From: an uncultured virus (IMG/VR IMGVR_UViG_2061766007_000468)
Lineage: Duplodnaviria > Heunggongvirae > Uroviricota > Caudoviricetes
IMG/VR virus record: IMGVR_UViG_2061766007_000468
Reading direction: 5' to 3' (one strand)
DNA length: 64,000 nucleotides
Shown: piece by piece, positions 22,322 to 32,174 of the stretch
Layout: each line of letters starts with the position of its first letter
Numbering within the stretch: the first letter of the stretch is position 1
Position numbers and translations under genes: made by a program
Notes under the pieces: generated by a model
Told to the model about the DNA's origin: nothing
What the model saw: only the letters and a program-made list of their open reading frames with translations
The model's database searches: none

Positions 22322-23995
22322 TTACACGGCCTTCAAGTAGTCTAGCGACGGATTAACTTCCGCAATGCCGTTACGAGCCTTATCGGCGATGGTCTTCCTG
22401 TAGCCGATGCCGTATGCGCTCCAGATGTCCAAACGAGTCATCGTATCGACAATCTTTTCGTACACGCCCACGGATACACGAGCAGACACATCCTTTCCGA
22501 ACAAGGTCTTCTCCACGATCGGACGGAGAGCTTCGACTTCGCCAAAGAACTTAGCCATGCGGCACATGGCTACTGCCATATGGACACCCGTATTGGTCTG
22601 AGTGACGTCGGCCCACACCTTGCGGTTGATGTCTACCATCTTGACGAGCCAGGAAGGAGAACCGCTAGCGAGAGCACGATGTCCGCATTCGCTCATGGTT
22701 TCGAGTAACCAAGACGGAATACCCAATGAATTAGTGACTTTGCCGTTGACATAGTCGACTGAACGGTTAACCGTGTTTACCGGAGCAATGGAAAGCAACG
22801 CAGTCATTTCGTAGATCTCATTGTCCGTCAAGTACACACCATGCAAGCGCTCGTCGGCATCGTTGTTGCTGAGGATCATGTCGCCCATGCCGAGCAATCG
22901 TTCTGCGCCGCCATGTCCAAGAATGGTCACGGAGTCGGTAGCGGAACTTACCTTGAACGCGATGCGGCACGGCAAGTTTGCCTTGAGGTCGCCAGTGACC
23001 ACCTTGACGGACGGTCTCTGCGTGGCGAGAACCAGGTGAATTCCGACCGCACGGCTCTTCTGCGCAAGTCTCTGCACGATTTCGGTCAGCTCGTTTCCGG
23101 CTGTCATCATCAAGTCGGCAAACTCGTCGACTACACAGACAACGTAGCGCATCTTTTCCGCGCAATCCTTACCTACCGGCTGCGTGTTCACCCATTCGTT
23201 GTATGCGGTGATGTTGCGCTTGCCGTACTTGGTAAGAATAGCGTAGCGGCGATCCATTTCCTTGCAGAGCCAACGGAGACCATCAAGGGACTCGTTCGGC
23301 TCCACAAGAATTTTTCTGTTGATGCAGTTCGGAAGAGTGTGGTACTCGTTAAGTTCCACGCCCTTCGGATCCACGAGCATCAAGTCGAAGTCGTTCAAGG
23401 ACACGTTGCGGAGCAACGAACAGATGAGCGAGTTGATGCATACGGACTTTCCGGAACCCGTCTGTCCAGCAATCAAAAGATGCGGAGCCTTCGCCAAGTC
23501 GATTACACGAGCTTCGCCAGTGACCGTCACGCCAAGTTCGATAGGCAGAGCCATCTTGGAAGACTCGTCGGAATGGACGTTGCCGAGACGGACAACTTTG
23601 CGATCCTTGGCCGGAAGGTCAAGCGCAAGTACGCCCTTTTCGGGAACGGAAGTCACGGACACGCTCTTGGCGGTGAGCTGCATGGCGAGATCGTTGGACA
23701 AGTCGGAGACCGTCTTGATACGTACGCCACGCGGGAGCTTCAAGTTCACGCGGGTCACAACGGGGCCGCACTCGATGCTGTCCACCTGAACGCCGTTGAT
23801 ACCGAAGCTATTGAGCGCTTCGACGACACGTTCGGACAAGTCCTTGTCAGCGCTGCCTTCAAGATTGGTAGCGACATTGAAAAGGGAGCAGTTCTTTAGT
23901 AAGCTGAAGCCCTTGGTGTCGATGCCGTAGTAGGCGATAGCGTGGGTATCGGTCAAGTCCAATCCGTAGCAAACTTTGTAGCAACCTTTCTGCAT
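22322..23995 (-). CDS. ftsK: FtsK/SpoIIIE-family DNA translocase motor (no N-terminal TM region, no obvious gamma domain)
   Basis: GPVVTR, PHLLIAGQTGSGKS, VDPK.VEL, VVDEFADLM, GIHLVLATQRPS and GAERLLGMGDM motifs. Confidence 0.92.
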   Translation of the reverse strand: MQKGCYKVCYGLDLTDTHAIAYYGIDTKGFSLLKNCSLFNVATNLEGSADKDLSERVVEALNSFGINGVQVDSIECGPVVTRVNLKLPRGVRIKTVSDLSNDLAMQLTAKSVSVTSVPEKGVLALDLPAKDRKVVRLGNVHSDESSKMALPIELGVTVTGEARVIDLAKAPHLLIAGQTGSGKSVCINSLICSLLRNVSLNDFDLMLVDPKGVELNEYHTLPNCINRKILVEPNESLDGLRWLCKEMDRRYAILTKYGKRNITAYNEWVNTQPVGKDCAEKMRYVVCVVDEFADLMMTAGNELTEIVQRLAQKSRAVGIHLVLATQRPSVKVVTGDLKANLPCRIAFKVSSATDSVTILGHGGAERLLGMGDMILSNNDADERLHGVYLTDNEIYEMTALLSIAPVNTVNRSVDYVNGKVTNSLGIPSWLLETMSECGHRALASGSPSWLVKMVDINRKVWADVTQTNTGVHMAVAMCRMAKFFGEVEALRPIVEKTLFGKDVSARVSVGVYEKIVDTMTRLDIWSAYGIGYRKTIADKARNGIAEVNPSLDYLKAV

Positions 23996-24095
23996 GTTGA
24001 AACCTCCGCGTAATAATATAACTCTTAAAATGACTTCTGTCAAGTCCTCGCGTGTATTTTTGATACAACAACGAGGCAGTCCCGCCGTCGCGGGA

Positions 24096-24650
24096 TCAGT
24101 CTCCGAACGTAATTACCTGGTTCTTCTTGTCCTTTCGCATGTTGATTCGCCTGTACCGGATCTGTTCCTTCACACGAGGATACTTGTCGAAGTCGCCCTC
24201 GAATGTCTGGACTAGCAACGAGTCCGGATAGTACAGCTTGAAATTGTCGACAGAATCAAAATAGACTCCACGGAAGAAGTTGAGTCCGTCGTATGCGGCT
24301 AGTATGTCAGCACAGCTCTGCTGCCCGTATAGAGCGAACATGAAGTCGTTCCCTACCGTATAGTCGTAATAGCAGTCGAGACCCTTCTTGGATACGGCGA
24401 TGCGTACCAGATGGTACACCGTGACAGCCGGACACTTGCCGTCCTTATCGGGTTCGGCGAAGATACTCCCCACGTAGGGGCACGTCACCTTTCCGTTGAC
24501 TATGACTGGCATCGTGCTGTAGCGGTCTCCGGTATTCCAGTTACCGGAGCGAAGGTAGATGCGCATGTCCTTTCGGTCGACGGTGTTATCGAACACGACC
24601 GCCACTGTGGACATGGCAAATGCTAGAATGATTAGTAAAAGCTTCTTCAT
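24096..24650 (-). CDS. hypothetical secreted protein
   Basis: MKKLLLIILAFAMSTVA signal peptide. Confidence 0.6.
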   Translation of the reverse strand: MKKLLLIILAFAMSTVAVVFDNTVDRKDMRIYLRSGNWNTGDRYSTMPVIVNGKVTCPYVGSIFAEPDKDGKCPAVTVYHLVRIAVSKKGLDCYYDYTVGNDFMFALYGQQSCADILAAYDGLNFFRGVYFDSVDNFKLYYPDSLLVQTFEGDFDKYPRVKEQIRYRRINMRKDKKNQVITFGD

Positions 24651-24954
24651 GGAAAGCCTCCTTGCGTGTGCGTTAAAATGGTCTGCGGAGGCAGTCCCGC
24701 AGACCTTGAATCAGTCTGACAGCGATAGCACGATCGGAATTGATATGGCTGACACTATCACGAACAAGGTCAAGTAGATCGCCAGTTCCCTTCCTGGGTG
24801 CTGTCTCCTAAATTCTTCCCTTACGTATTCCTCTTCGGTCAGACCACCGAAGTCGCCAGGGTTCCTCAAGCCCCACAGCATTCCGGCAATCAGCGCGGAA
24901 ACAAGTAGGTCAATCATAACGATAACGGGCGTACAATGGATCATTTGGATCTCC

Positions 24955-25797
24955 TTACGATAGTGGGCCGATTGGTTTGGAGCCGCAAGCGGTCTGTTGT
25001 ATTTGCTTGCAGTCGTTTAGACACCATGACGAATGCTCCGAGCTACCGAATGCATACAGAGACAATGCTGACTTGTCTTCCATGCACTTCGTTACACACG
25101 CGCCCACTGAATGCGTCTGGATGCATTTCCGCCACTTGTTGATGGCTAGTTCCACCGTGGGCTGGACTGGTCTCCGTGATGTAGGCTGCATGTTGTACGA
25201 TTCGATTTCGATAGGCTGACCGTGCTTGTCGTACTTGTAGATCCATACGGCCCCGTCGTGCCACTTGATTGAATGGGTCTTTCCGTTGGGCAAGTAGGTG
25301 TAGGTGTCGTGCTCTAGGTTCGTGTGCATATACACGCGCCCTTGGTCATCATATACCTTTATCTCGCCATTTGGGAACTTCTCATAGACAAGGTAATCTT
25401 CGGCGTACAGCTTCTCCGTATCGTCGTTGAAGTTCTTGAACAAGGTAAAGCTCCCGTTGACTTCCTTGACTTCCTTCGTCGCGAGGTTAGCAATCGTAGT
25501 GGTGCGCTTCTCCTTGAACACGTACAAGTTGTCTCCCTTGTACTTCGCACCCTTGACATGCAGAGTCTGGATGTAGTCGTGCCAAGTCAGCGCCCTCATA
25601 AGACGGACTTGGCTGGTGTCTATCTTGAGGTGGAGCTGGTCTACCTTCAGCTCGACTACGGACAAATGGCGCTCTAGCTTGTCTGTAGACCTTTCGACTG
25701 CGCCGATTACAGATACAGCGGCGCTATTGGCGGCATTGTAGGCCGAGTTGTGGGCGCTGTATGCGACCAACCCAGCCAAGATTATTTCGAGGAACAT
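24955..25797 (-). CDS. hypothetical exported/membrane-anchored protein with YD-like repeats
   Basis: hydrophobic N-terminus; YDDQGR, YLPNGK and YDKHGQ repeats; Cys-rich tail. Confidence 0.55.
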   Translation of the reverse strand: MFLEIILAGLVAYSAHNSAYNAANSAAVSVIGAVERSTDKLERHLSVVELKVDQLHLKIDTSQVRLMRALTWHDYIQTLHVKGAKYKGDNLYVFKEKRTTTIANLATKEVKEVNGSFTLFKNFNDDTEKLYAEDYLVYEKFPNGEIKVYDDQGRVYMHTNLEHDTYTYLPNGKTHSIKWHDGAVWIYKYDKHGQPIEIESYNMQPTSRRPVQPTVELAINKWRKCIQTHSVGACVTKCMEDKSALSLYAFGSSEHSSWCLNDCKQIQQTACGSKPIGPLS

Positions 25798-25933
25798 TCG
25801 GATTCTCCTTTGGTTGTGCGTTCGGATTCAAGGGCACGTTCAGTGACCTTTTAATAGAGAAGGATGGCATGCTCCTGGACGGTCATGCCAGTCCAACCAA
25901 CAGCCAGCCCTTTCTTGTAGACTTCTTCGTAGC

Positions 25934-26831
25934 TCATTTGCGCTTCGGAAATTCGCTGTCAAGGCCGTGTGCCCAAGATCCGTCGATGACGGAAAGCCCG
26001 GTCTTGACGCCGAGGTGAATCTCGTTGATTTTCTTCATGTCCGCCGGACGGCCTTGTACGTAATCGTCGGCCAGTTCCCTTATCTGGTCGGCGGCCTTGT
26101 AAAGCATCTGACGTACTGAGTGTTTAGTATATATCGCCATAGGATCTCCTTAGTTGATGACTTGCTTTCTCGATTGCCATTTCTCGTGGGCGGCAAGAAG
26201 CATGTCAACCTTGAACGCAAGCGGATAATACGCCTGTTCCTTCTTGAACTCCTCGCCGAGCTTCTTGAGCCGTGCCCATGCTTGAACTGAAAGGCAATAT
26301 AGGACTTGGTTCTCCGGAGTGAGTGAGGCCAGTATCTCACCAAACTCGTCGCTTTCATGGAAGCGTTCGATCTGTTCCTTTGTCAGTACTTCAGTGTCGC
26401 CGAGTCCGTTCTTTTCGCACCACTCGTACCACTTCTGGTCTGCGAGGTTCTGATATTCTCTAGCCATTTGTTCTCCTTGGTATAGTAATATAACTCTTTA
26501 TTGTATATTTGTCAAGAGGTTGCTATATTTTCTTTGCCGACAAGTTCTTGTCCGCCTTGACGGTCGCCATGATGACGTCGTACATTTCCTTGGTCAAGTA
26601 AAGGTCGTCCCGGTCGTCCACAATGACGGCGTAATGCCATGTCAAGTCAAAGTTCAGCTTGGGTACTTCCAGTACGGTGAACTTCTCACACTTGCGGAGA
26701 CGGTTCGTGACAAAGAGGCACGCGGCACCGATCTTCTTGGTATCCATGAAGTAGTTCACGTGGCCGTCACGAGCCAGCGATACCGACTTGATGTAGGGCA
26801 TGCCAGCGATGTTTGGTAATTTCTGATCCAT
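25934..26831 (-). CDS. three small hypothetical genes (25934-26140, 26150-26467, 26523-26831)
   Basis: each preceded by AAGGAG. Confidence 0.55.
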
Positions 26832-27006
26832 GAGGAATCTCCTTGATCGGGTTGGCCGTTGTATATGATGTCGAGGCAGTCCCGCCGTCGGCGGAACAGT
26901 CGGTTCGTCATGAACTACACATGACAATACCACTAGACTGAACTGTAGTTGGTATTTGTCATACGTAGGTCGGCAAGGCACATTTATTGTTCTCTACACA
27001 AGATAC

Positions 27007-28125
27007 TTGTCAATACACGTACCCAATAAGGGTACGACTTCTTGGGTAAGTGTTGTTCTGACGTCAATACACGCACCATTAAGGTGCGGACGCATTACAA
27101 TTCGGCACAGCGCAATAATCCTTCGTTCAAGAAACACCCTATAAGGGCCACTATCGAAGTTTTTGCCACAAGCCTGGTCGCAATTTCAATACACGTATCC
27201 ATAACGGATACGATATGTACCAACTAGCATGTGATATCCTTTGCGGTCATTTCAATACACGCACCATTTGGTGCGATGAGTCAACTGGGGCTCAAACGAA
27301 CAACGTTCTAATCTCAATACACGCACCCATAGGTGCGCCATCTGGAAATAATTTGACAGAGCGAAAGGTCTGATTTCAATACACGTATCCATTAAGGATA
27401 CGGAATGTTCCGACTAGCATCAGATAGGCTTTTCGGTTATTTCAATACACGGATCTTATATAGATCCGAAAAAACGATGCGACCGGTAATCGGCACCTTG
27501 TTTTCAATACACGCACCTATACAAGGTGCGACGACCTTCCCAACGAGGACTTGAAGTGTGTTGCGTTTCAATACACGCACCTATATAAGGTGCGACCCAT
27601 TCAGCATGTGCAATTGGTGCCAAGTAATGTTTCAATACACGCACCTATACAAGGTGCGACATTCTTCGCACGAGCTAACGTATCGGCGTCGCCGTGTCAA
27701 TACACGCACCTATACAAGGTGCGACCCGGTCTCCCAGATAAGCCTTGGAGCCGACTGTGTTTCAATACACGCACCTATACAAGGTGCGATACACGGCGGT
27801 CGAAAATNNNNNNNNNNTGCACCATCATCGTTTCAATACACGCACCTATACAAGGTGCGATAACAAGCTTGCATTGCGTTATTTACAAGTTCTTGTTTTC
27901 AATACACGCACCTATACAAGGTGCGATGAGGATGTAGAGGGCGGCGAGGGCGTTCATTCTAGTTTCAATACACGCACCTATACAAGGTGCGATAACAAGC
28001 TTGCATTGCGTTATTTACAAGTTCTTGTTTTCAATACACGCACCTATACAAGGTGCGATGGTCTTCTCCCAGTACCTCGTCGGCAGCCTGCTTGTTTCAA
28101 TACACGCACCTATACAAGGTGCGAT
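27007..28125 (-). CRISPR. type I-C-like CRISPR array, 18 repeats (10 canonical at 27501-28125, 8 variant at 27007-27470)
   Basis: 32-nt repeat RTCGCACCTTGTATAGGTGCGTGTATTGAAAC (- strand) with ~30-34 nt spacers; ATTGAAAC 3' handle; next to cas3; one gap inside. Confidence 0.97.
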
Positions 28126-28290
28126 AGGGGCTTCTGGAACCCCTATAATTACTGGGCTGCAGAGGACTATATCGCTAACCCAGTACCAACAAATACATTG
28201 TTGTTGAATAAATGCCTAAATATCAATCTACATGCCGTGTCTCGCACGACATAGGCTATCGCTAACCTACCACAATTTCTGGTGGAGCGA
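28126..28290 (-). promoter_or_regulatory. CRISPR leader
   Basis: non-coding segment between the cas3 stop and the best-conserved end of the array. Confidence 0.6.
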
Positions 28291-28294
28291 TAGG

Positions 28295-30748
28295 TTAGCG
28301 ATGACCTCTCGTTCGCTTCTTACTAGCCTTGAATTCTTCATGCAATCTAGCAATTCCGTATACAAGATCGTAACCACTATTCAAAATATAGGTATTTCTT
28401 CGGCCATCGACCTTGACTGCCAGCTTGGACTGCACCAGCCAGTCAAAAAACGTAGTCTTTTTACTTTCCTTATCAGCTGTTTGATCGGTATCATTACCAT
28501 AGTCACGAACGGCAAACCGTTGCATCTTACGGGTGTCTGATTTAGTGACCAACAGCTTGGCTCGTTCCGACACATCCATACGTTCAAAGTCAAGGTCAGT
28601 CAACTTGGACGCTGCCATGATTTTGTCAGCAATAGCCTTACTTTCATCATCAAGCGGTACTAGCAATTCTTGCTGGACGTCGTCAATGAGCTTGGCTCGG
28701 CATGCGATCGTTTCAAAGTTGATGTTCATATTGTTAATGATAATCTTGTCACCAACTTGTTTACCGAATTCTTCACGTTGAACATTATTACGGTCAAACG
28801 CAACAGTCTCGCCGCAATCTTTCAAGTATAGCTCGACGTAGCAACTCCAGTATTCCGTGCGCCATTTTTCGTCTTTTGCCACTTGTGATAAGTCATAGTG
28901 AAACCGCTTCAATACCGTCTTCATCGCATCCATCTGTTTGATCGGAAGTCCAGGAACAACTTCACCACATTGTGGAAACAATATACAATCACCGACGCCA
29001 TACTCTCCGCTACGATTGCAACGACCAGCAACTTGAATAAGACTCGTCCAACCACACATTTCACGCATGACCACGGGAAAACTGATATCAACGCCAGTCT
29101 GTACGATTGACGTACAGATAAGACGCACGTCCTTACCATCGTTCAGTCGCTGTTTGACCTCGGCAAGAACCTTCTCTCTATGAGAAGGAATCATGGACGC
29201 ACTTAAGTGATATACGTTCTGTATGCCGTTACTTTTCATAGTTTCAGCGAGTTCAAACGCACTACCACGTGTATTCACTACGACCATACATTGCTTATAC
29301 GTAGCCGCTTTTTTGGATACGGATTGCCATCCATTCAAGTTATGATTATAGGAATAGCGGACACGCTCAACCGGAGAACTGACCAGACCCTTTGGTACGA
29401 TAGCCTTGGGAATACGAGAAAGTATCTTCTTGGTTTCACCAGTAGATAATGTTGTACGCAATAGATCCATCACAGGCAACGTAGCAGACGCCAATACCAC
29501 GGAAGAGTTGTAAACACGTGAATGGGTCAATGCCTCTACGGCATGGCACGTATGCCACATTTTGTCCATTGGAATCTCGTGGAACTCGTCAAATAGAATG
29601 ACCGAATTCGTTAAGTTGTGTAGCTTACGACAACGGCTGTTACGATTGGAATACATTGAGTCCATGATTTGTTCAGAACTACTTACGACAATGGGTGCGT
29701 CCCAGTTATCGCAAGCCATCAAATCAGCCATTGACATCGCATCCGTATCCATATTGATATGGTGGACACATACGTTGTTCGAACCAAAGATCATCTTAAA
29801 GATGATTGCGGTCTGTTCAATCACGGCACCAAACGGTGCAACGTAAACTACACGATTCATCTTGTTGTTAATAGCATGCATCAATGCGAACATGAGCATG
29901 GCAAGTGTCTTGCCGCCACCCACATCTGCTTCTAGCATGAACACGCCCTTGTTGCTAGGAGCCATGCGTTTTGCACAAGTCATGATTTCTGTACGCCATT
30001 GGTTAATGACCGTATCGTTACGGCATACCTTGTTGCAGAAATTGACCAAGCGAGTGCGCAATTCCTTCAGCGAAGAATGCTGATTCTCTCGATCCGTTGT
30101 TGCAGACGGCCTATAGTAGGCTTCGGTACACAGACAGTCTGCATCAATCAGGCACGAAAAAAACAGCCTAGTCATCATCGGCCACCATCCGGTATAATAG
30201 CTATCTCCGTTAGCTTTCAGGCCGAAATGGTCTGCGTCTATCTCATTGCAGAACTCGGATAGATTATTGGTCATCTGGTAGACTTCTGGATAGATAGCGT
30301 AGTCCGGGTTTGTCTTACAGTTGTTATGGTATGTGTCGTCACGTTTCATGAACGTCTCGTCGCGACTCAACCCATCCTTCTCGGTAAGTTCACTAGGTTT
30401 CTTAGAATAGTTGATCAAGCCGCCATGGTGACATGCGATTGCCATGGCCATAGCTTGACCAAACGGAGTATTTCCGAATCTCTTGAGCATAGCGAGAGCA
30501 CCAGCCATCATGTGGTCATACTTGATAGGCTTGCCGTCACTAAGAATGACGCCGACGCGCTTACCGAAGATGTCACTAGCCTTGCCAATGTCGTGGTAGT
30601 TGCCAAGCACCTTGCATGGTTGTGCACAACCGAATTCGGCACCGAAATCTTCGCACAAATCACCGACCTTATCGGAGTGTTCGCTCAGGCTTTCGATGTC
30701 AATCAGCTTGTCACCTTCGTACAAAGTATGTCCAATCATCTGTTTCAT
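28295..30748 (-). CDS. cas3: Cas3 HD nuclease-helicase
   Basis: LSEH, HDIGK, CHHGGL and LIDAD HD motifs; GGGKT, FDEFH, SAT, GVDISF and QVAGRCNR SF2 motifs. Confidence 0.95.
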   Translation of the reverse strand: MKQMIGHTLYEGDKLIDIESLSEHSDKVGDLCEDFGAEFGCAQPCKVLGNYHDIGKASDIFGKRVGVILSDGKPIKYDHMMAGALAMLKRFGNTPFGQAMAMAIACHHGGLINYSKKPSELTEKDGLSRDETFMKRDDTYHNNCKTNPDYAIYPEVYQMTNNLSEFCNEIDADHFGLKANGDSYYTGWWPMMTRLFFSCLIDADCLCTEAYYRPSATTDRENQHSSLKELRTRLVNFCNKVCRNDTVINQWRTEIMTCAKRMAPSNKGVFMLEADVGGGKTLAMLMFALMHAINNKMNRVVYVAPFGAVIEQTAIIFKMIFGSNNVCVHHINMDTDAMSMADLMACDNWDAPIVVSSSEQIMDSMYSNRNSRCRKLHNLTNSVILFDEFHEIPMDKMWHTCHAVEALTHSRVYNSSVVLASATLPVMDLLRTTLSTGETKKILSRIPKAIVPKGLVSSPVERVRYSYNHNLNGWQSVSKKAATYKQCMVVVNTRGSAFELAETMKSNGIQNVYHLSASMIPSHREKVLAEVKQRLNDGKDVRLICTSIVQTGVDISFPVVMREMCGWTSLIQVAGRCNRSGEYGVGDCILFPQCGEVVPGLPIKQMDAMKTVLKRFHYDLSQVAKDEKWRTEYWSCYVELYLKDCGETVAFDRNNVQREEFGKQVGDKIIINNMNINFETIACRAKLIDDVQQELLVPLDDESKAIADKIMAASKLTDLDFERMDVSERAKLLVTKSDTRKMQRFAVRDYGNDTDQTADKESKKTTFFDWLVQSKLAVKVDGRRNTYILNSGYDLVYGIARLHEEFKASKKRTRGHR

Positions 30749-30813
30749 AGTGTACCCAATTGATAAGGAAAATGCCCACTTGTTACCAAGTGGGCAAGTT
30801 CGTGTAATTATGA

Positions 30814-31782
30814 CTAGTATTCGATTACTTTCACGCCCGTGAACTTGGATACGAGCTTCTGGTCAACAGACACGTCGAAGTCGGCAAAGGACTTAGGACG
30901 GTCAACCTTCTGCTTGATCTTAATAGCTTCACGGATATCCTTCATCGGCATGTTGCCACGCATGTTTTCGTGTTCAAAGATGAACATCTTTTCATACTGC
31001 AAGTTGCGGACGCTGGAGTTGGTGACATCCCAGATTTCCTTGAGAAGCGTGATGAGATTGTCGTAGTCTTTACGAGTGAATCCGTTCTGTGCGGCCACGA
31101 TGGAATTTACGTGAATCACGATGGGGAACAGTGCATATTCCACACCAGACTGGCGACCCATGGAACGATCCTTAGATTCCGCTTCGGACTTGTTTGCGAC
31201 TTGGCACGTCGTTATGGTGCGGTCATTGATGTAGAGTTCGTTGACAGAGATAGCGTGTTCAATCTGAACAGCTCCAGTCAATCCGCCAACCGTACCAAGT
31301 ACTTGTCCGAACGCACGGACATCGAAGAACTTGTCGCAGAGCTTGTTAGCAACGTAGGCACGGTCTTCACGAGTGACCGGAGTAGCCTTCTTCTTGTCTT
31401 CGGAAGAATCCTTTGCGCTGAGAGCTTTGTCAACGGACGGACAACACTTGAGATCAATGGATTCCTTGATCTGTTCAGTACGAACCGTACCAGGTCGAAC
31501 GAAGATCAAATTGCTGTCCTTGTTGTCAGCGAACATGTCCACACCTTCGGTCGTGCGGTAGAATTCGATCGTGTTACGGATCTTGCGCTTGATGGAATTG
31601 GAAGTCATGAGCGCATGGGAATCGTCGGTAAGACGAGGACGACCTTCGTCATCGGGGTCACCGTTCGGGTTCGATCCGATCGCCGATACGAAAAGCACGA
31701 TATCGGCTTTTTTAGCGGGTTCCTTAGCAGAAGATGCCGTCGGAATGATGGGGGAAGTAACGTTCTTAGTAGGTTTTGACAT
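30814..31782 (-). CDS. cas7: Cas7 (Csd2, type I-C backbone)
   Basis: NPNGDPDDEGRPR, IKRKIRN, FFDVRAFG and MGR signatures. Confidence 0.93.
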   Translation of the reverse strand: MSKPTKNVTSPIIPTASSAKEPAKKADIVLFVSAIGSNPNGDPDDEGRPRLTDDSHALMTSNSIKRKIRNTIEFYRTTEGVDMFADNKDSNLIFVRPGTVRTEQIKESIDLKCCPSVDKALSAKDSSEDKKKATPVTREDRAYVANKLCDKFFDVRAFGQVLGTVGGLTGAVQIEHAISVNELYINDRTITTCQVANKSEAESKDRSMGRQSGVEYALFPIVIHVNSIVAAQNGFTRKDYDNLITLLKEIWDVTNSSVRNLQYEKMFIFEHENMRGNMPMKDIREAIKIKQKVDRPKSFADFDVSVDQKLVSKFTGVKVIEY

Positions 31783-31784
31783 AA

Positions 31785-32174
31785 TTAGTCCTCATTGTTT
31801 TGATTGTTGGTTTTGTTGGATTTATAAAAATCGCCGTTTTGTTGGATACAGCCTACGCTAAGTTCAGCTTGCTCATCCGTAGACATACGTTCGTTATTAT
31901 GCGGCTGCATCACCGATAATATTTCGTCCATCAACTGGAGGCCAAAAATAGCGGTGCCACGAGTATTATTGTTCTTGATTAACTGGTTGCAATACATGCG
32001 AAGACGACCCAGTAATTCTTGTCGACAGTCATTCGGACGATTCCGAGCACGAGCGTCCAGTCGGCCAGAAATAGGTGACGAAATGTTAGAATTGCACTTT
32101 CTCTGTAAGTAGTCTCCTAATGCAAGAAGACGACCCATATTGTATGCAAAATCCGTTCGTGTTTTGTCAAGCAT
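31785..32174 (-). CDS. cas11: Cas11 small subunit from an internal in-frame start in cas8c (129 aa)
   Basis: AAGGAG RBS 10 nt before in-frame ATG (MLDKTRTDFAYNMGRL), matching the known I-C internal Cas11 start position. Confidence 0.7.
   Translation of the reverse strand: MLDKTRTDFAYNMGRLLALGDYLQRKCNSNISSPISGRLDARARNRPNDCRQELLGRLRMYCNQLIKNNNTRGTAIFGLQLMDEILSVMQPHNNERMSTDEQAELSVGCIQQNGDFYKSNKTNNQNNED

Noticed and set aside
26905..27000. Further degenerate CRISPR repeats beyond 27007
   Set aside because: Only short CAATAC/TCATACG resemblances without a convincing stem
27039..28093. Self-targeting spacers within the window
   Set aside because: No convincing match found by eye; a short CAAGGTGCC similarity to tnpB-1 is within chance
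27551..28254. ORFs with repeated peptides over the array
   Set aside because: Translation artefacts of the CRISPR repeats
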